Of a DNA stretch of 64,000 nucleotides, positions 54,064 through 63,888 are shown in pieces (position 1 is the stretch's first letter; each line of letters opens with the position of its first letter). A model generated the notes under the pieces. The model searched no databases and had not been told where the DNA came from. It saw only the letters and a list, made by a program, of their open reading frames with translations. The position numbers were made by a program, and so were the translations under genes. This stretch comes from Dehalococcoidia bacterium (GTDB taxonomy: Bacteria; Chloroflexota; Dehalococcoidia; UBA2979), in NCBI GenBank assembly GCA_965262725.1, contig OZ253555.1, forward strand, positions 2,951,838 through 3,015,837. Direction: 5' to 3'.

Positions 54064-55335
54064 GTGCCCGTGCCGCGTACCACCATCAGCTCGCCGCTCG
54101 TCTTCAGCACGCCGTGGCCGTTCTGCGCCGCGGTCCGAGCCGGCAATCTCACCTTTCTCTCGGGCTCGGTCGGAGCGGATCCGGCGACCGGAGCGCTCGC
54201 CGGCGGGCGTGCGGGCCACCCGGACGCCGCCGCGCAGACGAGGGCGACCGCCAAGATGCTCGACGACGCGCTCACGGCGCTCGGCTCGCGTCCGGACGAG
54301 CTTGCAAGGCTCCTCACCTACCACGCGACGTGGTCGGGCTACGACCGCGTCGACGGCGTGCTCGGGGAGCACTACGGCGCCGGGCAGCCGGCGCGCTCGA
54401 CGGTCGGCCACGGCCTCGTCTCGCCCGGCTACCTCGTCGAACTGGAGGGGATCGCGGTCTCCGGCTGCGAGCTCGAGCCGATCATCGTCCCCGGGGCGGG
54501 GGCTCCCGATGGGGTGCCGGCGGCGGTGCGCGCGGGGAACCTCCTCTTTCTCTCCGGCATGGCGGGCGTCGGCCCGGACGGCCGCGTGGTGGCGACGGGC
54601 GACATCCGGGCGCAGACCCGGCAGGCGCTCGAGAACACGCGCGCCGTGCTGGCTGCGGCCGGAGCAACGCCCCGCGACGTCATCAAGAACCACACCACGA
54701 TCGTCGACTGGCGCGACTTCGACGCCTACAACGAGATCTACGCGGAGTTCTTCGGCCAGCCCTACCCCGCGCGCGCCTCGATCCAGGGCACGCTCGCCGA
54801 TCCCGATCGCCTGATCGAGTTCGAGATGACGGCCGTGCTCGACGGGGGCGATCGCACCTACGTCGACACGGGGAAGCTCGGCGCGTACCAGGACCGCGAT
54901 CACTACGTCGTGCCCAGCGACCGCATCATCCTCGACGACCGCATGACGCCGGGCGTGGCGCCGCACTGCGCGGGCATCCGCTCGGGCGACCTCATCGCCG
55001 TCTCCGGGGTGGTCGCGACCGATTTCGAGGGGAAGCTCATCGGCCCCGGCGACGTCCGGGCGCAGACGCACGCCGTGCTCGACGGCATCGGCTACGCGCT
55101 GGAGAAGCTCGGCTCCGAGTTCGACGACGTCGTGAAGACGCAGGTCTCGCTCGTCGACTGGCGGCACTACGCCGCCTACAACGAGGTCTACGCCGAGTAC
55201 TTCAGCCCGCCCTACCCGGCACGCGCCACCGTGCAGGGCGGGCTCGCGCAGTACGGGCTCCTTGTCGAGATCGAGGCGTACGCCGTCGTCGGCGCCGCCT
55301 CCTCCGCGACCGTGCTCGTCGGCGAGACCGGCTAG
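54064..55335 (+). CDS. triple tandem RidA/YjgF/TdcF (endoribonuclease L-PSP) domain fusion protein
   Basis: Three ~140 aa repeats, each with RidA signatures (…AAVRAGNLLFLSG…PARAS/TVQG…IEIEAYAV). GTG start at 54064. Confidence 0.8.
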   Translation: MPVPRTTISSPLVFSTPWPFCAAVRAGNLTFLSGSVGADPATGALAGGRAGHPDAAAQTRATAKMLDDALTALGSRPDELARLLTYHATWSGYDRVDGVLGEHYGAGQPARSTVGHGLVSPGYLVELEGIAVSGCELEPIIVPGAGAPDGVPAAVRAGNLLFLSGMAGVGPDGRVVATGDIRAQTRQALENTRAVLAAAGATPRDVIKNHTTIVDWRDFDAYNEIYAEFFGQPYPARASIQGTLADPDRLIEFEMTAVLDGGDRTYVDTGKLGAYQDRDHYVVPSDRIILDDRMTPGVAPHCAGIRSGDLIAVSGVVATDFEGKLIGPGDVRAQTHAVLDGIGYALEKLGSEFDDVVKTQVSLVDWRHYAAYNEVYAEYFSPPYPARATVQGGLAQYGLLVEIEAYAVVGAASSATVLVGETG

Positions 55336-55351
55336 GACCGGGGCCGGCGCC

Positions 55352-56131
55352 GTGGAGCGCCGCCTCGAGGGCCGGGCCGGCGTCGTGACGGGGGCGGCCT
55401 CCGGCATCGGGCGCGCGACGGCGGCGCGGCTCGTCGCCGAGGGGGCGCGCGTGCTCCTGCTCGACCTCCCGGGCACCGATCTCGAGGGCGCGCGCGCCGA
55501 GGCCGAGAGCGCGGCCCCGGGGGGATCGCCCGCGCCGCGCGCCCTTCAGCAGGCCGCCGACGTCTCCGTCGCGACCGAGGTCGAGGAGGCCTGCGCCCTC
55601 GCCACCCGCCGCTTCGGCGGCGTCGACCTCCTCGTCAACAACGCGGCGACGCTCGGCTTCGTGGGGCCGCCTCTCGACTACCCGGAGGAGCTCTTCGACC
55701 GTGTGCTCGCCGTGAACGTGAAGGGTCCGTGGCTGTGCCTGCGCGCCTGCGTCCCTTCGATGCGGGCACGGGGCGGCGGCGCCGTGGTGAACATCTCCTC
55801 CACGTCGGGGCTGGGGGGCGCGCCCTGGCACATCGCCTACGGCGCCAGCAAGCACGCCGTGCTCGGCCTTACGCGCTCGGCGGCGCTCGCGCTCGCACCC
55901 GACGGGATCCGCGTCAACGCCGTCGCCCCGGGCGCCGTCGAGACGCCGATCCTCGAGGAGCTCGAGCGCGGACTCGGCCGCTCTCGCACCGAGCGCGTGG
56001 AGCAGATCCCTCTCGGGCGCGCCGCCACGCCCGCCGAGGTCGCGGCGCTCGTCGCCTTCCTGCTCTCCGACGAAGCCGCCTTTATTACGGGGAGCGTGCA
56101 CTCGATCGACGGCGGGACGCGCGCCCGGTAG
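55352..56131 (+). CDS. SDR-family oxidoreductase
   Basis: TGAASGIG cofactor motif, NNAA, YGASK catalytic motif. Confidence 0.85.
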   Translation: MERRLEGRAGVVTGAASGIGRATAARLVAEGARVLLLDLPGTDLEGARAEAESAAPGGSPAPRALQQAADVSVATEVEEACALATRRFGGVDLLVNNAATLGFVGPPLDYPEELFDRVLAVNVKGPWLCLRACVPSMRARGGGAVVNISSTSGLGGAPWHIAYGASKHAVLGLTRSAALALAPDGIRVNAVAPGAVETPILEELERGLGRSRTERVEQIPLGRAATPAEVAALVAFLLSDEAAFITGSVHSIDGGTRAR

Positions 56132-56158
56132 CCTCGGCCCCGGGAAGCGGGAGGCGCC

Positions 56159-57124
56159 ATGCACGCAGCCGTCGTCCACGAGCCGGGGCCGCCCGAGGTC
56201 CTCCGCTACGAGGAGGTCGAGAACCCCTCCTGCCACCCGCGCGGCGTCGTGATCGAGGTCGAGGCGGCGAGTATCGAGGGCGGGGATCTGCGGGCCCGCG
56301 CGCAGGGCCCGCTCCCACACACGCCCCACGTGGTGGGGTACCAGTGCGCCGGCGTCATCCGCGAGGTCGGGGGGGCCGTCACCGAGCGCTCGGTCGGCCA
56401 GCGCGTGGTCGCCGTTTCGGGCGCAGGATCGCACGCCGAGCTTCGCTCGGTGCCTGCGCGCGCGACCTGGGTGCTCCCGGACGGCCTGGGCACCGAGGAG
56501 GCGGCGTGCGTCCCCGTCCCCTTCGCCACGGCGCACGACTGCCTGCACGAGTTCGGACGCGTCGTCTCCGGCGAGACGATCCTGATCCAGGGAGCGACCG
56601 GGGGCCTCGGCATCGCCGCCATCCAGATCGCGAAGGCGGCCGGCGCGACGGTGATCGGCACCTCATCGAGCGAAGAGAAGCTCGAGCAGCTCGCCGAGTA
56701 CGGCCTCGACCACGGGATCCCGACCACAGGCGACACCGTGGCCGCGGTTCGGGAGCTGACCGCGGGGCGGGGCGTGGACCTTGTCATCGACCCGGTGGGC
56801 GGCGAGACGCTCCAGCGGAGCCTCGCCATGCTCGCCTACCGCGGGCGCGCCCTCACCGTCGGGAACGCGAGCCGCGGGGAGAGCACGGTCGACGTCTCTC
56901 CCCTGATGAACGGCAACCGCACGCTCCAGGGCGTCTACCTCGCCGCGGAGCAGGGGGCGAACTTCGCCCGCGTCGAGGCGCTCATCTCGGGGCTCCTTGC
57001 GCAGGTCGCGGCCGGGGAGCTCCGCGTCCTCATCGACCGCCGCTTCCCGCTCTCCGAGGCCGCCCGCGCGCACGCCTACGCCGAGAGCCGCCGCGCCCTC
57101 GGGCGCGTGCTGCTGATCCCCTAG
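56159..57124 (+). CDS. zinc-independent MDR-family quinone oxidoreductase / NADPH:quinone reductase-like
   Basis: GATGGLG nucleotide-binding motif; 321 aa. Confidence 0.8.
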   Translation: MHAAVVHEPGPPEVLRYEEVENPSCHPRGVVIEVEAASIEGGDLRARAQGPLPHTPHVVGYQCAGVIREVGGAVTERSVGQRVVAVSGAGSHAELRSVPARATWVLPDGLGTEEAACVPVPFATAHDCLHEFGRVVSGETILIQGATGGLGIAAIQIAKAAGATVIGTSSSEEKLEQLAEYGLDHGIPTTGDTVAAVRELTAGRGVDLVIDPVGGETLQRSLAMLAYRGRALTVGNASRGESTVDVSPLMNGNRTLQGVYLAAEQGANFARVEALISGLLAQVAAGELRVLIDRRFPLSEAARAHAYAESRRALGRVLLIP

Positions 57125-57132
57125 CCGACCCC

Positions 57133-57957
57133 GTGAACCCGCCCGTGCCCCGCCGCGGCTACGCGCCGACGTCGCTCGGCCAGATCCACTATCAGGAGGT
57201 GCCGGGCCCCGCCGTGGCCCTGCCCGGGGCGGGCGACGCGCTCGTGCTCCTCCACCAGACGGCCGACTCCTCGGCCCAGTTCCAGGAGCTGCTCGGGGAG
57301 CTCTCGGGCCGCGTGCGCGCCCTGGCCCTGGACACGCCGGGCTACGGGCACTCCGACCCCATCCCCCCGGAGCTCGCGCCGCCCTCCATCCCGGACTACG
57401 CGCGCGCGGTGGCGGAGCTCCTCAAGGCACTCGCGGTGGGGAGAGCGGCCCTGGTCGGCACGCATACCGGCGCCGCGATCGCACTCGAGCTCGCCGCCTC
57501 GCGGCCTCGGTTCGTCACGCGCCTCGTGCTCTCCGGGCTCCCCGACTACGAGCCCGACGAGAGGGAGGGGAAGATCGCAGGAGCCCACCCCGCGAGCCCG
57601 ATGCCGGACGGTGCCCACCTGCTCCAGGCCTGGGAGCGCGCCGCCGATCCGATGTGGGGGCGCACCTCGCTCGCTCAGGTCGCGCGCTCCGCCGTCGACT
57701 CCGTGCGCGCACTCCCCGACCGCCACCACGGCCCGCTCGCCGTCTTCCGCTACCACGCGCGGGAGCGCATCCCGCTCGTCCGGGCCCGGGCGCTCCTGCT
57801 CTACGGCGGGCACGACCCCTTCGCCGCCATCCAGCCCCGGCTTGCAGGGCTCTTCGCCGACGGCCGCTCAGAGCACATCGAGGGCGGTGGAGCCTCGCCG
57901 ATGCAGCAGCGCCCGGCCGACTACGCAGGGCGGCTCCTCGCCTTCCTCACGGAGTAG
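57133..57957 (+). CDS. alpha/beta-hydrolase fold protein
   Basis: GTG start. Nucleophile elbow GTHTG inside the tail of artefactual long ORF 55729..57957. Confidence 0.7.
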   Translation: MNPPVPRRGYAPTSLGQIHYQEVPGPAVALPGAGDALVLLHQTADSSAQFQELLGELSGRVRALALDTPGYGHSDPIPPELAPPSIPDYARAVAELLKALAVGRAALVGTHTGAAIALELAASRPRFVTRLVLSGLPDYEPDEREGKIAGAHPASPMPDGAHLLQAWERAADPMWGRTSLAQVARSAVDSVRALPDRHHGPLAVFRYHARERIPLVRARALLLYGGHDPFAAIQPRLAGLFADGRSEHIEGGGASPMQQRPADYAGRLLAFLTE

Positions 57958-57967
57958 GCCGTCGGGC

Positions 57968-59563
57968 TTACGCGCGCCCCTCCGGAGGGAAGGCCGGATC
58001 GCCGGTGAAGCCCTCGAGCGAGAGCTCGCGCAGCCTGAGGACGGCCTCACGCAGTGGCTTCAGGGACGGCGAGCCCTGGCCGCCCTGCTCCTCCATCCCC
58101 GGCGGGTATGGGGGCGCAGGCGACGCCGGGTCGAGCGGCGGCGCCTCCCACGGCGGGGCGAGCGCCTCCGCGCCGGCGGCGGCCCGCAGGAGCGTCGCCT
58201 CCTCGTGGCGGCGCCCCACCAGCTGCAGGCCGACCGGCAGCCCGGAGGGAGCGCCCGGGGCGGGGATGCGCCCCCAGGGGAGCGTCACCGCCGGCAGCCC
58301 CAGGAGGGAGGAGACGCGGTGCAGGTTGTGCCACTGCGGCCCGACCTCAAGCGGGCGGTCGCGCATCGCGCCGAAGCCGCCGTCGAGCCGGGTCGCCGCT
58401 GTCGCGGTCGAGGGCGAGGCGATGACGTCGACCTCGGAGAACGCCTCGTCGATTTCCTCTCCGATGGCGCGGCGGGCGCGGAGGGCGAGCAGGTAGTCCT
58501 CGGCGGGGATCGCGCGATCGGCGGCGAGACGGGCTGCGAGTTGCCGCGAGTAGGGGGCGCCGCGGTCGAGGGTCGCGGCGTGGGCGGAGGCGACCTCGGA
58601 ACGCATTATCGCGGTCGAGCAGGCCGCGGCGTACTCGGTGCGCGCGAGCGTGAGCTCGACGACGGTGGCGCCGGCGTCCTCCATCGCCGAGACGGCCGAG
58701 CGCACGCGCGCGAGCACCGAGTCGTCGACCGTCCCCTCGGCATGGCGCCACGAGACGCCGACGCGAAGGCCACGGAGCCCCTCCGCGCCGCGGCCGCAGG
58801 CCGCGCCCATGCCGCGGAGCGGCTCGCCCGATGAGAAGGGGTCGCCCGGGTCGGCGCCGGAGATCGCCTCGAGCACGAGCGCGGCGTCCTCGACGGAGCG
58901 GGCGAGGGGACCGACGTGGTCGAGCGACCACGAGTTCACGATCACACCGCGGCGGCTCACGCGGCCGAAGCTCCCGAGCAGGCCGACCAGGCCGCAGAAG
59001 GCCGCCGGGCGCCTCACCGAGGCGCCGGTCTCCGTGCCAAGCGCGGCGAAGGCGAGCCCCGCGGAGACGGCGGCCGCGGAGCCGCTGGAGGAGCCGTTGG
59101 TGGAGCGCATCAGATCCCAGGGGTTGCGCGCCGCGCCGAAGCCCGCCGACCAGAGCGAGCCGGCGATCGCGAACTCGTGGAGCAGGGTCTTCCCCACGAG
59201 CACCGCGCCCGCCTCGCGCTGGCGCGCCCAGCAGGTCGCGTCCTCCTCGGGCACCCAGCCGCGCAGCACCTCGGAGGCGGCGGTGGTCTCGACGCCCGCG
59301 GTCGCGATATTGTCCTTGAGCGCGACGGGTATCCCGTGGAGCGGCGATCGCGGGCCCGAGCGCGCGATCTCGCTCTCGGCGTCCGCCGCCTGCTTGAGAG
59401 CGAGCTCGGCCGGGACGGTAATGTAGGCGGCTAGGTGTCCGTTCAGCGCCTCGATGCGTTCGAGCGTCTGGCGGGTGAGTTCGACGGGGGAGATTTCGCG
59501 GGCGGCGATCTGCCGCGCGGCTTCGACCAACGTCAGGGTCGCGAGCTCCGGGTGGGCGTCCAT
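57968..59563 (-). CDS. amidase-signature family amidase
   Basis: Internal ATG MDAHPELATL. Motifs GGSSSGSAAAV and KDNIATAGVETTAAS; 531 aa. Confidence 0.85.
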   Translation of the reverse strand: MDAHPELATLTLVEAARQIAAREISPVELTRQTLERIEALNGHLAAYITVPAELALKQAADAESEIARSGPRSPLHGIPVALKDNIATAGVETTAASEVLRGWVPEEDATCWARQREAGAVLVGKTLLHEFAIAGSLWSAGFGAARNPWDLMRSTNGSSSGSAAAVSAGLAFAALGTETGASVRRPAAFCGLVGLLGSFGRVSRRGVIVNSWSLDHVGPLARSVEDAALVLEAISGADPGDPFSSGEPLRGMGAACGRGAEGLRGLRVGVSWRHAEGTVDDSVLARVRSAVSAMEDAGATVVELTLARTEYAAACSTAIMRSEVASAHAATLDRGAPYSRQLAARLAADRAIPAEDYLLALRARRAIGEEIDEAFSEVDVIASPSTATAATRLDGGFGAMRDRPLEVGPQWHNLHRVSSLLGLPAVTLPWGRIPAPGAPSGLPVGLQLVGRRHEEATLLRAAAGAEALAPPWEAPPLDPASPAPPYPPGMEEQGGQGSPSLKPLREAVLRLRELSLEGFTGDPAFPPEGRA

Positions 59564-59645
59564 CGCCGGCGACGATAGCAGTTCGGCGCCCGAGGCGCCC
59601 CGCGCCCGGGGCGTCCTGAGGCGTATGCGGAGGGGGGCGGGGCCG

Positions 59646-60401
59646 ATGGCGGGGAGGCTCGAGGGTCGGGTCGCGATCGTGACCGGCTCGGCGGCGGGGA
59701 TCGGGCTTGAGACCGCGCGGCTCTTCGCGCGCGAGGGGGCTCGGCTCGTGCTCGCCGACCGCAACCGCGCAGGCGGGGAGCAGCAGGCGGCGGAGCTCTC
59801 CGCGGGCGGATCCGACGCCCTCTTCGTCGCGACCGACATCTCGCGAGCCTCCGACGTGGAGGCCCTGGTCCTAGCCTGCATGGAGCGGCACGGCCGGCTC
59901 GACGTGCTCGTCAACAACGCCGGCATCTACCCCCGCACCGGCCGCCTGCACGAGGTGTCGGACCTGGAGTGGGACCTCACCGTCGGCACCAACCTGCGCG
60001 GCACCTTCCTCTGCTGCCGCGCCGCCATTCCGCACATGCTCGGCAGGGGCGGCGCGATCGTGAACCTCTCCTCCGGCTCGGGCGTGCGTGGCTCTCCGCA
60101 CGGCGCGGCCTATGGCGCGACCAAGGCAGGGATCCTCCACCTGACGCGCACGGCCGCGCTGGAGTACGCCGCGGACGGAATCCGCGTCAACGCGGTCGTA
60201 CCGGGACTGACCGACACGGCGCAGGCGCGCGGATCGACGGGGAGCCGGGAGGCGTACGAGGCGTGGGAGCAGCGGCTGCCGCTCGGTCGCGCGGCCCGGC
60301 CCGAGGAGGTGGCGGCCGTGATCCTCTTCCTCGCCTCCGACGAAGCTTCCTACGTGACCGGCGCCGAGTACGTGGTCGACGGGGGCCGGACGGCCGGCTA
60401 G
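59646..60401 (+). CDS. SDR-family oxidoreductase
   Basis: Internal ATG MAGRLEGRVAIVTGSAAGIG. YGATK catalytic motif. Confidence 0.85.
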   Translation: MAGRLEGRVAIVTGSAAGIGLETARLFAREGARLVLADRNRAGGEQQAAELSAGGSDALFVATDISRASDVEALVLACMERHGRLDVLVNNAGIYPRTGRLHEVSDLEWDLTVGTNLRGTFLCCRAAIPHMLGRGGAIVNLSSGSGVRGSPHGAAYGATKAGILHLTRTAALEYAADGIRVNAVVPGLTDTAQARGSTGSREAYEAWEQRLPLGRAARPEEVAAVILFLASDEASYVTGAEYVVDGGRTAG

Positions 60402-60422
60402 GGGCGACGGGGGAGGGGCGCG

Positions 60423-60665
60423 ATGGCGAGCGAATCGGCGCGGGCACTCGCGGAGAAGGCGATCGCCGACTACGGCTTCCGCCAGGCGCTGCTGTGGGGC
60501 ACCGACGAGGTGCTCGCCGCCTGGGCGCTCGAGCCGTCCGAATCCGAGGCGGTGCGCGAGCGGATGCTGGCGGAGGTCGAGGAGCTGCCGGTCCCGGTCG
60601 AGCCCGCGGAGCGACCAGCGGTCCTCACCCGCCTGCTTCAGGCGATCGACGCGGCGGCGCCCTGA
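60423..60665 (+). CDS. small NHLP-like (nitrile-hydratase-leader-peptide-like) domain protein, 80 aa, without an obvious core peptide
   Basis: AEKAIADYGFRQALLWGTDEVLAAWALEPSESEAVRERMLAEVEELPVPVEP follows the NHLP/Nif11-like leader pattern. No Cys-rich core and no GG motif. Confidence 0.4.
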   Translation: MASESARALAEKAIADYGFRQALLWGTDEVLAAWALEPSESEAVRERMLAEVEELPVPVEPAERPAVLTRLLQAIDAAAP

Positions 60666-60687
60666 CCGCACGGCTCGCGGCGCATGC

Positions 60688-61557
60688 TCAGGGCGGCGGC
60701 TCGAGGTCGTCGAGCCCGAAGGGAGCTGCGGCTCGCGCCGCGTTCGCGACGCGGATCGCGCGCGACACCTCCGTCACGTCGTGCACGCGCACGACGTGCG
60801 CTCCAGCCACCGCGGCGAGCACGTTGAAGGCGATCGTGGCGGCGAGGAGCGCGGGCGCGCGCTGCGTGTAGCCGACGCCGACGAGCTCGCCGAGGAACCC
60901 CTTGCGCGAGGCCGAGATCACGACCGGCCGCCCCGTCGCGCGGAGCGCCCGGACGGCGGCGAGGAGCCGCACGTTGTCTGCGGCCGAGCGGCCGAAGCCG
61001 AAACCGGGATCGAGCCACACGGCGGGGACGCCGGCCGCCTCCAGCTCGCGGGCGCGCCGCTCGAGGTCGGCGGTCACCTCGGAGGCGACGTCGTCGTAGT
61101 GCTGGTCGGCCTCGCCGTGACGCGTCGGCTCTCCCCGCATGTGCATCGCCAGGACCGGGAGCCGGTGCTCAACGGCGACCGAGGCCATCTCCGGGTCGCG
61201 GAGCCCGGTCACGTCGTTGAGCAGGTGGACCCCCGCCCCGGCGGCGGCGCGAGCCACCTCCGGCTTCCAGCTGTCGAGCGAGACCGCCACGCCCTCCCGC
61301 GCGAGCGCGTCGATCACCGGGCAGACCCGACCGATCTCCTCATCGAGTGGCGGCGCCTGACCGCCCGTGCGCGTCGAGTGCGCGCCGACATCGACGATCT
61401 CCGCACCCTCGGCGACCAGCCCGAGCGCGCGCTCAACGGCGCCACCGGGTTCGACGACGGAGCGCGCGACCGGCGAGTCAGGCGAGACGTTGACGATCCC
61501 CATCACCACCGTCCGCCCGGTCGCGTCGATCACATGCTCGCCCAGCGCAAGCCGCAT
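60688..61557 (-). CDS. folP: dihydropteroate synthase
   Basis: Internal ATG MRLALGEHVIDATGRTVVMGIVNVSPDS. Pterin-binding barrel motifs; 289 aa. Confidence 0.85.
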   Translation of the reverse strand: MRLALGEHVIDATGRTVVMGIVNVSPDSPVARSVVEPGGAVERALGLVAEGAEIVDVGAHSTRTGGQAPPLDEEIGRVCPVIDALAREGVAVSLDSWKPEVARAAAGAGVHLLNDVTGLRDPEMASVAVEHRLPVLAMHMRGEPTRHGEADQHYDDVASEVTADLERRARELEAAGVPAVWLDPGFGFGRSAADNVRLLAAVRALRATGRPVVISASRKGFLGELVGVGYTQRAPALLAATIAFNVLAAVAGAHVVRVHDVTEVSRAIRVANAARAAAPFGLDDLEPPP

Positions 61558-61565
61558 GACGGCGC

Positions 61566-62528
61566 CTACCCGTGCCCGGCGGGGGCACCGGCGCCGGCCT
61601 GCGGGGTCTCCCCGACCTCCGGCGGGGCGAGGAGGGTCGCGAGCGCGGCGGCGGTGTGGGGCGGATGCGCGAGGTCGAGCGCGAGCAGTTCGCGCCCAAG
61701 CGCGGCGTAGAGCGCCCGAAGCGACGGCTCCCGGGCGAGGGCCTCGAGGTGGCCGGCAACGGTCGGGATGTCGCCGCGCGCGAGGGGCCCCGTCAGGGCG
61801 GCCTCGAGCCCGACCGCGGGCGGGAGCTCCGCTACCGCGGAGGCGGCACCCGCGAGGAGCGGGCCGAGCGCCCGGGGAGCCTCCTGGACCGGGAGCCCGG
61901 CGAGCGCCCACGCGCGCGCGGCGGCAGCGGCGAGCGCCACCACGTCGTTCGACGCGAGCACGGCCGCCGCGTGATAGCAGGCGCGATCGATACCCTCCAG
62001 GCGGAGCGTGCGCTCCGCGCCGAGGTCTGCCGCCAGCGCCTCGAGCAGCGCGCCGAGATCGGATCCATCCTCCTCGGCCGCCTCAACGCCGACGGCGATC
62101 CCCCTCAACCGCTCCGGGGAGCCCGCGGGATCGGGGAAGGCCTGCAGCGGGTGCAGACAGCCGAGCGCGACCCCCGAGGCGGCGAGCGGGGCGAGCGGGG
62201 CGAGGTCGAGCGCGCCGGCGCAGTGGACCGCCGCCTGTCCCCGCCTCCACGGGAGCGTGGCGGCAAGCGCGGCGACGGTGGCGTCGGGGACGGCGAGCAG
62301 CACGAGGTCGCTCTCCCGGACCACGTCCTCGGCCGACAGGGCGCTGGCGCCCGGGATCGCCCGCGCGAGCGCCTCGGCGCGCCCGGAGCCCCGGCCCGCG
62401 AGGGCCGTGACGCGGTAGCCGGCCGAGGTCATCCCGCGCGCGAGCGAGGCACCGAGGCGCCCGCAGCCGATGACGCCGACGGCGAGCTCTCGCCGCGCCG
62501 TGAAGCCGATCCGAGCGCTCTTCGCCAC
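61566..62528 (-). CDS. Rossmann-like NAD(P)-binding + DUF2520 domain protein
   Basis: GVIGCGRLG dinucleotide motif. In mycobacteria the DUF2520 gene sits near folP (Rv3603c-like context). Confidence 0.6.
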   Translation of the reverse strand: MAKSARIGFTARRELAVGVIGCGRLGASLARGMTSAGYRVTALAGRGSGRAEALARAIPGASALSAEDVVRESDLVLLAVPDATVAALAATLPWRRGQAAVHCAGALDLAPLAPLAASGVALGCLHPLQAFPDPAGSPERLRGIAVGVEAAEEDGSDLGALLEALAADLGAERTLRLEGIDRACYHAAAVLASNDVVALAAAAARAWALAGLPVQEAPRALGPLLAGAASAVAELPPAVGLEAALTGPLARGDIPTVAGHLEALAREPSLRALYAALGRELLALDLAHPPHTAAALATLLAPPEVGETPQAGAGAPAGHG

Positions 62529-62683
62529 GCGCCTTCCCTCCGCCGGCCGGCCGCGCCCTCGATTCTAGCGGCGCGGGAGGGCGGCGCCCGCGCCGCCGCG
62601 GCCACACGCCCGGGTGGCGCGCACCCGCGGCCCTCCGTAGAGTCGGCGCGCGCCCGTGCGGCGCGCACGGCGGCGGGAGAGCG

Positions 62684-63460
62684 ATGTCCGAGGGGCTCCT
62701 GATCGGGATCGAGTTCACCGCGGACGAGCTGCGGCTCGCGCTCGCCGAGCCCGGCGGCGCCCCGCTCGGGGAGCCCCGCCGCTGGGCGCTCCCCGAGCTC
62801 CCGGACGAGGAGTCGTGGGCATGGGAGGTCGGCGGCCATATCGCCACCGCCTTCGCCGAGGAGGGGAGCGGGCGCTCGGCGCTCGCGATCGCGATGGCGG
62901 CGCCCGGAGCCGTCGACCCCGTCGCCGGGCAGCTGCTCGAGGGCGGCCAGAGCGGATGGGAGGGACTCTCCGTCGTCGAGGCGCTGCGTCGCCACATCGA
63001 CGCCCCGGCCGCGGTCGAGAGCCGCGCGCACGCCGGCCTGCTCGGAGAGCGCGCGGAAGGCGCCGCCCGGGGCGCCGACAACGTGCTCTACCTGCTGCTG
63101 CGCGGCGAGCCCGCGGCGGCTGTGCTCACCGGAGGCCGCGCGCTGCGCGGCGCCCACGGACGGGCGGGGGCGATCCCCGCCGTCGCCGATCTCGACCCGG
63201 AGGAGCGCCTCGGCGGCGAGGCGCTGGAGGAGCTGGCGGTGCCGCTCGCCGACGCCGCCGCCCTGCTCGACCCGGAGCTCGTGGTCGTCGACGCGCCGAC
63301 GCGACTGCGTGATCTGCTCATCCCGGTGCTCAAGCGGCTCACCGCCGACGTGGCGCCCGGCGCACGCGTCGTGCCGGCGCTGCTCGGCGCCGACGCGCCG
63401 CTCACGGGGGCGCTCACCATGGCCGCGACGCTCGCCTACGAGTCGGGGCGCGAGGCGTGA
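62684..63460 (+). CDS. divergent ASKHA-fold (ROK / type III pantothenate kinase-like) protein
   Basis: N-terminal LLIGIEFTADELRLALAE resembles ROK/CoaX phosphate-1. Weak overall; the family is unresolved. Confidence 0.35.
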   Translation: MSEGLLIGIEFTADELRLALAEPGGAPLGEPRRWALPELPDEESWAWEVGGHIATAFAEEGSGRSALAIAMAAPGAVDPVAGQLLEGGQSGWEGLSVVEALRRHIDAPAAVESRAHAGLLGERAEGAARGADNVLYLLLRGEPAAAVLTGGRALRGAHGRAGAIPAVADLDPEERLGGEALEELAVPLADAAALLDPELVVVDAPTRLRDLLIPVLKRLTADVAPGARVVPALLGADAPLTGALTMAATLAYESGREA

Positions 63461-63888
63461 GCCAGGCGGCGGGCGGCGGCGGGCGGGTGAACCGCATCCG
63501 GCTCTCGCTCGCGCCGGAGGAGACCGGGACGCTCCTCGGCGCCTGCGCCTGGGTGCTCGGCGCGCTCGAGATCCTGAAGGACCGCGGCCACGCCGCCGAA
63601 CAGGAGGACCTCCACGAGCTCCACGACGGTCTGGCGCCGGCTGTGAACCGGCTCGCCGCCCTCGTCGGCGGGGCGCGCGGCGCGCTGGGAGCCGACCAGG
63701 AGACGCAGGAGGCGATCGAAGAGGCGTTCGGGCGCGTGCGCTCGGCCTTCGAGCGCTGGATCGAGGTGACGGCCGCCGACACGATGGCCGCCGCCCTGGA
63801 GCAGCGCCTCGAGGAGATCGACGGACAGGGGGGCGAGGTGCCCCGGGACGGAGACGCCGCGACCGTGCCGGGAGGCGACGGGAGCTAG
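63457..63888 (+). CDS. hypothetical protein
   Basis: 143 aa ORF with a 4-nt overlap with the upstream gene; no recognisable family. Confidence 0.4.
   Translation: MSQAAGGGGRVNRIRLSLAPEETGTLLGACAWVLGALEILKDRGHAAEQEDLHELHDGLAPAVNRLAALVGGARGALGADQETQEAIEEAFGRVRSAFERWIEVTAADTMAAALEQRLEEIDGQGGEVPRDGDAATVPGGDGS

Noticed and set aside
55729-57957. 742-aa plus-strand ORF
   Set aside because: It is an off-frame overlap of the SDR and QOR genes. Only the C-terminal 274 aa (alpha/beta hydrolase, 57133..57957) are credible.
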